14,457 nucleotides of DNA from Candidatus Sigynarchaeum calidifontis (GTDB taxonomy: Archaea > Asgardarchaeota > Lokiarchaeia > Sigyniarchaeales > Sigyniarchaeaceae). Positions 1 to 7,849 of the stretch are shown piece after piece (the first letter of the stretch is position 1; each line of letters begins with the position of its first letter). Both the position numbers and the translations under genes were made by a program. The notes beneath the pieces were generated by a model. It had not been told where the DNA came from. It saw nothing but the letters and a program-made list of their open reading frames with translations, and searched no databases. Location of the stretch: NCBI GenBank assembly GCA_030587475.2, contig JAUQYZ020000192.1:1-14457 (forward strand), given 5' to 3'.

Positions 1-2523
1 CACGGGTGCCATGAAGCCGAACGACATACCCACCCACCGGTATCCCGTGCCCGAGCAGCTATCGGACCAGAGCTTGAGGATGGCGTGGGAATATTCCGTC
101 CCCGCGTCGTAGCCGGATGCCCACCCGGCCTCCGTCCGCGGCAGCATCTTGGGGGAAGGGGCCGAGTAATTCGTCGTGTTCCCGCTCGCGTAGTTGAAGC
201 CCGTGTCGTTCGAGCCCCAGGCCTGGACCGGCCGGCGCCAGTCGAACCCGAACCCGTAATCGTTGTCGATCGTGGCGGCGGTCGTGCCGGCTTGCAGCGG
301 GCCGGCGATCGCGCCGAACCAAGCATCCGTGAACCGCGAGTCGAGCTCTTGCATGTTGGTGAGCGTGATGGTATCCGTGCCCGAGAGGAGCGAGTCGTCG
401 TCGACCCGGGTCGTGAGCTCTTGCAGCCGCCAGTCGCCCGCGGTGCCCTCGACGAGCGTGCTCGAGACGAACTGCGGGTCGTTCCGTATCGAGATCAGCA
501 GCCAGTCAAACATGGCAAACCACTCGTCGACCGCGTTGAACAAGGTTGGCGGGGCCAAACGTGAAGCGGGAATGCGGGCACCGATGCGCACCCGGAACGT
601 GCGGGGAGCCTGGAACCACCCGGTCACGTTCACCGTGCGCGTGCACAAGGGCACGTCGTCGGCGCTCGCGAGCTGCTCGGATATAACCACGCGCCCGAGA
701 TAATCGAGCACTTCCAAGAAAAACGTGAATATCGTGACGTTCGATGTCTTCTGATCCGTGTTGTCGACTGCATTCGCCTTGTTGCCCCGGACGACGTGCT
801 TCGAGCCGAACCGCACCGAGATCGTCGCGGACGTGGCGTTGATGCCGCTGTAACGGAGGACGCGCGACGTGAAGCCCGCATCCACGTCCGGGCCGCGCGA
901 GTACTCCGTGAGATAGATCGTGTGCGTCCCGATGCCGATGCCGGGGCGTCCCGCCTCCGCGGTCGCCGTGAAGCCGAGGTAGTCGTTCGCCTCGCCCGTG
1001 TCATTTCCCCAATCGAACCTTGACTCGAGCCCGGTGCACGTCGGGTTTATATAATAGCTCGCGTTCCGGGGCGAGCCATCGTCGATCCATCCCAGCGAAT
1101 CGGGGACGGCCGGCGCCCAGTTCGCGTAGGCTTGCTGCTCGGTGACCGAGTCCGTGCCGAACGAGCCCTCGTAGACGTCGGTCTCGGCCGTGATGGCCTT
1201 TGCCATGAACGGCCACGGGCTGATGAGCTTGCGTCGATCCCCGGCCATCTCGTACCTGCCGAGGTGATCGGTCGTGTTCGACCCGAAACATTGATAATCG
1301 CCGAGAGCAGCGTCGTACCAGTAGAACGACACGGTCTGGTTTTCGACGGGCACGCCATCGTCTTCCTTGACGACGCCCGAGTACGTGACCATGAACTCGA
1401 GCCCGTCGGCATCCAGCACCTTGTCGATGCTGCAATCGAGCGTGACGATGGCCGTTTCTTTGCGAATGCTTATTCGCTTGGAAAATACCTGGGTCTTGAC
1501 AAGAAATATGAATAGAAACGTGTACGTGGTGTAGACTCGCAAAGTATAATCACCCTCTCGAAATCCATGCTCCGGCGACAAGATCAATTCAAGGGTGTTC
1601 TGCCCGTCATGAACATATGCCGCTTGGCGATAAATGATGATACCATCGCGCTCGGCCTCGATCCAGGCGCGCCCGCCCTTGCCCGTGGCAACCGTGAACG
1701 AGAGCCGCGCCGGATCGGTCAATTGATAGCCCGGCCCGGCCGACGAGACCTGCAAGCCGCCCATGGTCCCCGTCGGGGAGAGGACCCCTTCCGTGGCGAG
1801 GGCGAACTGGCCGAGGAACAGGATCAAGAACGCCGTCCCGCACGCGAGCATGGCCTCCGTCTTCCGCCCCGACGCCCGCTCCTTGCGATCGATCCGTCTC
1901 TCCCGGCGCGCGTTTTTCGCGTTCCGTGCTTGCTTCGCTTCGACCTTCTCGGCCAGGCTAACCATCCATGCATCGTCGCCATCGTGTTCCTTCTGGTCCT
2001 TGACCCGCTTCAACCAGAGCGGGATGCCGAACCGGCTGCCGTAATGTCTCGGCCGCTTCGCAATCCAGATCCCGGGCTTGAGGACGACCAGCCGGAGCAA
2101 TACCATCGCCTGGATGGCGAATGCCAGCAATCCAAAAAATGCCTCCATCGCCGGTATCCAGTTCTTCCCGATCGCCTTCAAGACATCGACCTCATCGAAC
2201 GAGATGGCGCGAGGAAGGAACATGACGCTCGCGAACAGCACGCCGACCATGCCGGCGAGCGCGAGGCGCTCGAGTGTCGTTGCAGGCGCGGCGGACATGC
2301 GAACCGGCACGAGCCGCGGCCGCTCGCCAAAGATCGAGGCGCGGCTATCGATTCCCCCAGGACGCGTTCGTGGCCGGAGCACGTGGTGCCGCGCGGTGGC
2401 ACGGTCGACACCTGTTTCGGTGCCCGTCGTCGCATCGAGCCACCACCGCCGTTCCGGTTCCTTTTTTGCATTCGATGCCCCGTCCTTGCAAGTCGCCGCC
2501 CGCGCCGCCTCGCGTGCCCGCAT
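1..2523 (-). CDS. Large membrane-anchored cell-surface protein (at least 841 aa; 3' end lies outside the window)
   Basis: Manual translation of the minus frame from ATG 2523 gives no stop down to base 1 (MRAREAARAATCKDG...YRWVGMSFGFMAPV). There are three hydrophobic segments (aa ~87-104 LALAGMVGVLFASVMFLP, ~128-148 AFFGLLAFAIQAMVLLRLVVL, ~224-243 AMLACGTAFLILFLGQFALA). A beta-rich, Ig-like region follows (e.g. GDYTLRVY, GVVKEDDGVPVENQTVSFY...TTDHLGRY) with about ten N-x-S/T sequons. It is absent from the ORF track because it has no stop in the window. The start is uncertain (see TAG finding). Confidence 0.85.
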   Translation of the reverse strand, partial: MRAREAARAATCKDGASNAKKEPERRWWLDATTGTETGVDRATARHHVLRPRTRPGGIDSRASIFGERPRLVPVRMSAAPATTLERLALAGMVGVLFASVMFLPRAISFDEVDVLKAIGKNWIPAMEAFFGLLAFAIQAMVLLRLVVLKPGIWIAKRPRHYGSRFGIPLWLKRVKDQKEHDGDDAWMVSLAEKVEAKQARNAKNARRERRIDRKERASGRKTEAMLACGTAFLILFLGQFALATEGVLSPTGTMGGLQVSSAGPGYQLTDPARLSFTVATGKGGRAWIEAERDGIIIYRQAAYVHDGQNTLELILSPEHGFREGDYTLRVYTTYTFLFIFLVKTQVFSKRISIRKETAIVTLDCSIDKVLDADGLEFMVTYSGVVKEDDGVPVENQTVSFYWYDAALGDYQCFGSNTTDHLGRYEMAGDRRKLISPWPFMAKAITAETDVYEGSFGTDSVTEQQAYANWAPAVPDSLGWIDDGSPRNASYYINPTCTGLESRFDWGNDTGEANDYLGFTATAEAGRPGIGIGTHTIYLTEYSRGPDVDAGFTSRVLRYSGINATSATISVRFGSKHVVRGNKANAVDNTDQKTSNVTIFTFFLEVLDYLGRVVISEQLASADDVPLCTRTVNVTGWFQAPRTFRVRIGARIPASRLAPPTLFNAVDEWFAMFDWLLISIRNDPQFVSSTLVEGTAGDWRLQELTTRVDDDSLLSGTDTITLTNMQELDSRFTDAWFGAIAGPLQAGTTAATIDNDYGFGFDWRRPVQAWGSNDTGFNYASGNTTNYSAPSPKMLPRTEAGWASGYDAGTEYSHAILKLWSDSCSGTGYRWVGMSFGFMAPV

Positions 2524-2526
2524 CAA

Positions 2527-4275
2527 CTAGAAAAGCGCCTCGATGTCGGGATCCGCGTCATCCCCGGCCTTGCGCTCTCCCGTCTCCATCCACGCGCCCT
2601 TCTGCAATGCCGGGTGGCAACCCGCTGCTCGCGGGAGCAAGTGCACCTGGATGCGATCCCCGTGCACGATGGCCTCGGCCACCTCGCCAACGCGCTCGGC
2701 ATGCTTGCAAAATGCCTCCAGGTCGTTATACACGCGGCGCGCCGCTTTCATGGCCCACGTGGCTCGCCTCTCGTCCGGGCAATGTCGCCCGATCGCGTCG
2801 ATCATGCGCGTGCTGCACGCGAGCCGCGTCTCGAGGTCATCGGAACCACGCAGCTTGGTAAACGTGGCATGAAGCGCGTCGACATCGGCAACGCTCGAGC
2901 CGTTTTCCTCGTGCAACGCGCGGTCACCGGCACGCTCACCGGGCTCGAGTCCGACCACGTCGACCCCGGTGAACGTGGCGAGGCGAGCGAGCTGCCGCTT
3001 GGCCATTTTTACTTCACTCGTCAGGAACGTGACTTCTGCTTCGATGCCGGCGCGGCGCAGCTCGCGAGCCGGCGCATCTGCGACCGAGGCGGTCCTCACC
3101 AGCGATTGCAAGTGCCCGGTGTCGATGGCGCCCAGCCGCCTTGCCAAGCGCACGATGTCATCGGGTCCCGGCGCTATTCTCGCGGCTTTTGCTTTCCGGT
3201 CCCGCCCGGCGCGCGGCCGGGCTCGGAGGCGCTCGATCGTCGCGGCGAGCTGCCCGTGCCGGATGGCCTTCCCCGTGCATCGCTTGTGCCGGAACACGAC
3301 CACCTTCTTGCTAGTCCCCCACGCGTCTTTAGCCATTCGCAACCGGGCCTGGATCGATGATAGCGAGCCCGAGACAGCGCCAGCACGGTAATCGACCAGC
3401 CGTGACGACATGGCTGGGTGAATGACCGGGGTGAGAGCCTCGATCCGGGACGACTGCTGCCGCGGGATCGCGCGGCTGGCGGCGCGTGCCGCCACCTCGT
3501 CCTCCCACCCGGGATGCGTGCAGCCGTGAATGCAGCACCAGGCAGGCCCGCGGCATCCCGTGCCTTCGCGAGCGGGCCGGTAATCGATAGCGAGCCCGGA
3601 TTCGTACTCGGCGTGATCGTTGCCCGAAGGAGGCACTACCTGGCGGGTCTTGGAGGTAGTGGCGGGGCGAGAGATGTCGGTTCCATTCGCTGGTCGAACG
3701 TCTTCAGTCGAGACGCGATATGTCCCGAACAACCGCCGCGCGAGCTTGATGACGGGTGTCACGTTCTTGTAAATCGCCTCGCGGGCCGCGAACCCGATGC
3801 GAGCTCCCGACTTGTCGGGCGCTTGTCTCGCCGCATCGATGCAAGCCACGAAGCACGCATGGGCCGAGCCGATTTCCCCGGCCAGGGCATACCTTCTACC
3901 GAGATGATAGAGATCATGCGGGTTTGCGCGAGCGAGCGTTCCGGGTTCCAGGATCGGGGTACCGATGTCATACCCGAACACGTCCTTCCAGGCAGCGCGC
4001 AACCGGTCGAGCAACCGTTCCAGGCCGGGAAGGGCATGGCCGGCCATCGCCGTGGCCGCGATGATGCCAATGCAGTCCTCGATGGAAGAGAGGTACCGTG
4101 CCTCCGTCCACCAGAACTCCGCGGGCATGTGATCTCGCCAGGGCCCGCGAGCGAACCGTGCCATACCCTTTGCCGCGCGGTCGACGAGGCCAGGATCCAG
4201 GCCCCTCTTTCCCCCGGCCACGAGCCGGGTGACTTGCCGGGCAACGGGATCGGTTTTTTCATCTGGAGGCGTCAT
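2527..4275 (-). CDS. Hypothetical 582-aa protein; one TPR-like helix pair and a Cys/His cluster; possibly the N-terminal part of the downstream surface protein
   Basis: Long ORF with GGAGG 7 nt upstream of the ATG. It contains NPHDLYHLGRRYALAGEIGSAHACFVACIDAA (TPR-like pattern) and CRGPAWCCIHGCTHP. It ends in TAG, in frame with the 2523 ORF. Confidence 0.75.
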   Translation of the reverse strand: MTPPDEKTDPVARQVTRLVAGGKRGLDPGLVDRAAKGMARFARGPWRDHMPAEFWWTEARYLSSIEDCIGIIAATAMAGHALPGLERLLDRLRAAWKDVFGYDIGTPILEPGTLARANPHDLYHLGRRYALAGEIGSAHACFVACIDAARQAPDKSGARIGFAAREAIYKNVTPVIKLARRLFGTYRVSTEDVRPANGTDISRPATTSKTRQVVPPSGNDHAEYESGLAIDYRPAREGTGCRGPAWCCIHGCTHPGWEDEVAARAASRAIPRQQSSRIEALTPVIHPAMSSRLVDYRAGAVSGSLSSIQARLRMAKDAWGTSKKVVVFRHKRCTGKAIRHGQLAATIERLRARPRAGRDRKAKAARIAPGPDDIVRLARRLGAIDTGHLQSLVRTASVADAPARELRRAGIEAEVTFLTSEVKMAKRQLARLATFTGVDVVGLEPGERAGDRALHEENGSSVADVDALHATFTKLRGSDDLETRLACSTRMIDAIGRHCPDERRATWAMKAARRVYNDLEAFCKHAERVGEVAEAIVHGDRIQVHLLPRAAGCHPALQKGAWMETGERKAGDDADPDIEALF

Positions 4276-4397
4276 GGCAGTGCCTCCGCACGTGGTTTCT
4301 TGTGCAATGATCGTGAATCGAGATCGCGAGTTGCCATGTGTCGGCCGGGAACCGGGAATGGCGAACGAGCGATCTCGAAGGCGTGTACCGTCGTCAT
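4272..4397 (-). CDS. Possible 41-aa leader ORF (MTTVHAFEIARSPF...KKPRAEALP)
   Basis: Its TGA overlaps the ATG at 4275 (ATGA). No homology evidence. Confidence 0.25.
   Translation of the reverse strand: MTTVHAFEIARSPFPVPGRHMATRDLDSRSLHKKPRAEALP
4283..4287 (-). promoter_or_regulatory. Shine-Dalgarno-like GGAGG for ATG 4275
   Basis: Minus strand reads gcGGAGGcactgccATG. Confidence 0.55.
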
Positions 4398-4571
4398 GGT
4401 TGTCTCATCTTGGTTATCATGATCGTTCGAGGGTTATTTTGCTCGGGTGTCCCCGCGCATGAGAAAAAAGAAGCCGAGTTGGAACGTGGCGGGAAGCGAC
4501 AGCATCAACACTCGTTGAATCACCATCGTCTAGTATCATTGCCATGGAGCCACGCGTCAATGCTATCAATA

Positions 4572-4579
4572 TAGATAAA
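4572..4579 (-). promoter_or_regulatory. Candidate archaeal TATA-like box (TTTATCTA) for the leftward transcription unit
   Basis: AT-rich patch in a GC-rich background, about 27-34 nt upstream of ATG 4545. That spacing would suit a leaderless archaeal transcript. Confidence 0.3.
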
Positions 4580-4743
4580 GGCCCCATGTTTGTCCATGCT
4601 CCCCGCGTGGCAGCGGGCGCGGCCGCCGTCGCGGCGCGAGCCGCCCCCGGGCTTTGCTCGGATGGCTCTCGTCGTTCCGGAACCCGCGCGTTCGTCGGTC
4701 CTGGAGTACGATCGTGGCATATATAACGATTTCTTCCGAACGG

Positions 4744-4769
4744 GCCGCGCCCGAACATCGGGGCGCGGC
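4744..4769. repeat. GC-rich inverted repeat / hairpin
   Basis: GCCGCGCCC (4744-4752) pairs with GGGCGCGGC (4761-4769). Confidence 0.6.
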
Positions 4770-5080
4770 GCGCCCGCCAGTCGAGCGCATTTGCAGAGAC
4801 GACCCCGGCATGCATCGCGTGTCTCGCCGCGCCGCCCGCGCCGCCCAAAGATCCACCGCGGCGGCGCGATCGAAGCGGATCACGCCAGGCATGATTCCAC
4901 GCGACGCACGTGACGGGCGGCACGACGACGGGATCGGTTGGAACCCCCGCGCGGTTACCGGGCGGTGCGGACGGCGATGCCCTGCATGAAGTTCCATGTA
5001 GAAATAATGAACCTTTGCTCCGCTAAGATACCGCGTGCGGGATGGGAAATCTCATGATCTGGGGGCATGTTTGCATGGAT

Positions 5081-5199
5081 CTCGTGAATTTCACGAGCTT
5101 TCCGGGCGATTGCTCCCACGGATATCGAGATGGCATCCGTGCGCCACTTCGCGGCTCCTAATGGCATTTCTCGGGAGCAGTTAAGCGAAAAGCTCCCGA
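5081..5199. repeat. Three consecutive inverted repeats
   Basis: CTCGTGAA-t-TTCACGAG (5081-5097); CACGGAT..ATCCGTG (5117-5141); TCGGGAGC..GCTCCCGA (5171-5199). Confidence 0.6.
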
Positions 5200-5394
5200 C
5201 CGTCTAATGTGAACGCGGATACGCTATTCGAGTGGCTGAGCCAATGGGTTTAAAAACTGGCAAGAGGATATTGATCTCTGGCCGAACCGAGCGCGCTATC
5301 GACGACATCGATACCGATCTTCAGTAAAATCATGGGTTATCTCCAGTCTTGCAATTCTCGGGAAGAATACCATCTGATACAAGGTTGAATCATC

Positions 5395-7377
5395 TTGAAG
5401 CAGCATCGCGTCCGCGTGGTCTCCATCATGTTGATCGGCATTTCTCTTTTCATGACCTTTAACGCGCTCTTGAACCTAGATTTCCGAAGCATGCCGGGAA
5501 GCGGAAATAGAGCCCTCCCGATTGCTTTGGACGCGACAATTGTACCGTCTGCCTATTACCCGGCTTGGGAAAGGACTTGGGGCGGCCCGCTTGAAGAAAT
5601 CGGTCGTGGAATCTGGGGTAATGAAACCGCGATCTACACGACAGGCTGGGTAAGATACACGTTAGGCAATGGCGATATTTTTCTCGTGCGATGGGACCTC
5701 GCGGGAAACGTTATCTGGAATCGCACGTGGGGCGGTCGAACCCCGTACGGTACGACGTGGGATGAAGGATCGGACGTCTGGAGTGATGGCACGCATATCT
5801 TTGTCGTGGGCTCGTCCGACGATGGTGCATCGGTTATCAAGTGGGATGCAACGGGGAACGTGATCTGGAACCGCACAATCCGCCTCTCGAAGGTCGGGGG
5901 TGCGAGCGTTTTCAGTCGTTTTATCTGCGGGGACGGGGCCGGGAACATCTTCTTCAGCGCGGGCTGGTCGGATGTACGGCTGATCTGGGACGGGAGTCAA
6001 TATATCTTTCTCTCTGACACGGATACAGGCATCTTCAAGATGGACGCGACGACGGGCGCGTTGGGTTGGAACTACACGCGTTCTGGATGGAATGACGTGT
6101 CGATCATCCAAGACGCGTGGTGCAACGGGACGCACCTTTTCGCCGTGGGAACGACGAACAGCACTGGCGCGGGCTCGAACGACATGTTTCTCGCTTGTTT
6201 CACGACCGCTGGCAACATGGAATGGATGCGCACGTGGGGCGGCGCATTGAGTGATGGGGGCTCGGGGATCTGGGGGGATGGTAACGGTAGCATCTACACG
6301 ACGGGATCCACTAACAGTTTCGGCGCGGGCGCATCCGATGCGGTGCTGGTCAAATGGAACACGAGCGGGGACTTGATCTGGAATGTGGTGTGGGGTGGCG
6401 CTGGTAACGATTATTGCTCCAAGATATGGGGTGATGGATCTGGGTTGTTTTACACTTGCGGCTTCCCACTCGACATCATGGCATGGAATGCAACGGCTGG
6501 CGACGTGTGTTGGACCCGCACGCACGAGTCATCCATGGCGGATATATGGGGGCTGGGCAATTCCGTGTTCACGTGCGGTAACAAGCGAGACGATCCTTAT
6601 ACACAACACGTGCTCGTCAAGTGGGCACCCAACACCGCCCCCGTCATTACCCCGGCAGCGGAAGTGGTCTATTCACATGGAGCAACGGGCAACACGATCT
6701 CGTGGAACATCTCCGATTCCACGCCCGAGGATGGCGCGTCATACATCATCCGGCGAAACGGCACCCAGGTCGGGAACGGTTCATGGACGAGTGGCAGCCC
6801 GGTCACGTGCAGTGTCGATGGCCTTTCAGTGGGCACGTACAATTACACGATCATCGCCCAAGACCGTGCTGGTGGTTTCGCGCAAGATTCCGTGCTCGTG
6901 ACCGTGTTGAATGTCTTGCCCATTATCGAGCACGGGATTTATGGAAACGAGATCTTGTGGTGGATTAACGACACGAGCCGAACAACGATAACTTGCGTCG
7001 TTTACCACAACGGGAAATCGATCAAGACGGTGACCTCGTCATCAGCGATAGTCTATTTCTACACGAACATCACCGGGCTACCTCCAGGAATCCACAACTT
7101 CACCATCGTTGTTAATGACGGCTTGGGGGGGATTAGTAGCGATACCGTGTTCATCACGGTCGAAGCTCCACCGAATTCACAGATAGATCCGGGTCTCATC
7201 GTGGCAATTTCGCTCGCCGGAGTTGCTGTCGTGGTTATTGGCGCCGCGATTTCGAAAAGAAAGAGATCGGTAAAGGGGAGAGAGCTTATTGCAAAACATA
7301 TGCATTCGAAGAAATCCAGCGAGCAAACCCCCGGCACGACCATCGATAAGAATGGAGCGATGCACCCCTTGAAATGA
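5395..7377 (+). CDS. Cell-surface glycoprotein: signal peptide, ~7-blade beta-propeller (W-x-R-T-W-G-G repeats), two Ig-like domains, C-terminal TM anchor and basic tail
   Basis: 660-aa ORF with a TTG start and a basic plus hydrophobic N-terminus. Repeats: WERTWGG, WNRTWGG, WNRT, WNYT, WMRTWGG, WNVVWGG, WTRT. Ig-like ends: LSVGTYNYTIIAQD, LPPGIHNFTIVVND. TM LIVAISLAGVAVVVIGAAI is followed by SKRKR. Many sequons. Confidence 0.9.
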   Translation: MKQHRVRVVSIMLIGISLFMTFNALLNLDFRSMPGSGNRALPIALDATIVPSAYYPAWERTWGGPLEEIGRGIWGNETAIYTTGWVRYTLGNGDIFLVRWDLAGNVIWNRTWGGRTPYGTTWDEGSDVWSDGTHIFVVGSSDDGASVIKWDATGNVIWNRTIRLSKVGGASVFSRFICGDGAGNIFFSAGWSDVRLIWDGSQYIFLSDTDTGIFKMDATTGALGWNYTRSGWNDVSIIQDAWCNGTHLFAVGTTNSTGAGSNDMFLACFTTAGNMEWMRTWGGALSDGGSGIWGDGNGSIYTTGSTNSFGAGASDAVLVKWNTSGDLIWNVVWGGAGNDYCSKIWGDGSGLFYTCGFPLDIMAWNATAGDVCWTRTHESSMADIWGLGNSVFTCGNKRDDPYTQHVLVKWAPNTAPVITPAAEVVYSHGATGNTISWNISDSTPEDGASYIIRRNGTQVGNGSWTSGSPVTCSVDGLSVGTYNYTIIAQDRAGGFAQDSVLVTVLNVLPIIEHGIYGNEILWWINDTSRTTITCVVYHNGKSIKTVTSSSAIVYFYTNITGLPPGIHNFTIVVNDGLGGISSDTVFITVEAPPNSQIDPGLIVAISLAGVAVVVIGAAISKRKRSVKGRELIAKHMHSKKSSEQTPGTTIDKNGAMHPLK

Positions 7378-7423
7378 ACCCGGTCTATCGTTCGCCACGC
7401 GTGGTCGATTCACCGCGAGCCAT

Positions 7424-7699
7424 CTAGCCTTCGTCGACGAAGACGCCACCGGGCGCCCACCGGGCCGAACTTGAGGGATATGAATCCCAGTCTGGCGATG
7501 ATGAAAAACTCTTAGCTCGGGATGGTACTGTCAGAATCGCCGCCGCGAAATCCGGGATGGCGATGACAGATCCGATAACGAGCCACGTGATTATGACGAT
7601 ATGGTGATGGTGGCAGCGGTGGCGGGATCCTCCTTTTGAACGACCACGCTGCCGGACGTGGCGTGTTTTCCCATGTGCATCAGCCCGGGGCGTGAACAC
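7424..7699 (-). CDS. Possible 91-aa small membrane protein or 5' remnant of a secreted-protein gene
   Basis: From GTG 7699: a basic N-region (KTRHVRQRGRSKGGSRHR), then hydrophobic IVIITWLVIGSVIAIPDFAAAILTV. TTTTAAT lies about 25 nt upstream. No homology evidence. Confidence 0.3.
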   Translation of the reverse strand: MFTPRADAHGKTRHVRQRGRSKGGSRHRCHHHHIVIITWLVIGSVIAIPDFAAAILTVPSRAKSFSSSPDWDSYPSSSARWAPGGVFVDEG

Positions 7700-7849
7700 T
7701 TCCCCATCATTGCGATCGGGACAATTAAAAGAGAGAAGGCTTTTCATTGCGCCTTGTAGGCATACTTTATGCAAGAGGTGATGCGAGAAATCAATAAAAG
7801 GTAGAACTAACTTGAGTTGATCTAGATTGCCTTCCGTGGGTTTTCCATA

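Noticed and set aside
1567-3360. 597-aa plus-strand ORF (also 3418..4422 and the other short ORFs in 59-4422)
   Set aside because: Antisense or off-frame shadows of the GC-rich minus-strand genes; Arg/Pro-rich with no motifs.
4276-5394. tRNA, SRP RNA, RNase P RNA or CRISPR array in the long intergenic region
   Set aside because: No cloverleaf or T-loop pattern, no SRP or RNase P conserved motifs, and no regularly spaced direct repeats were found by eye.
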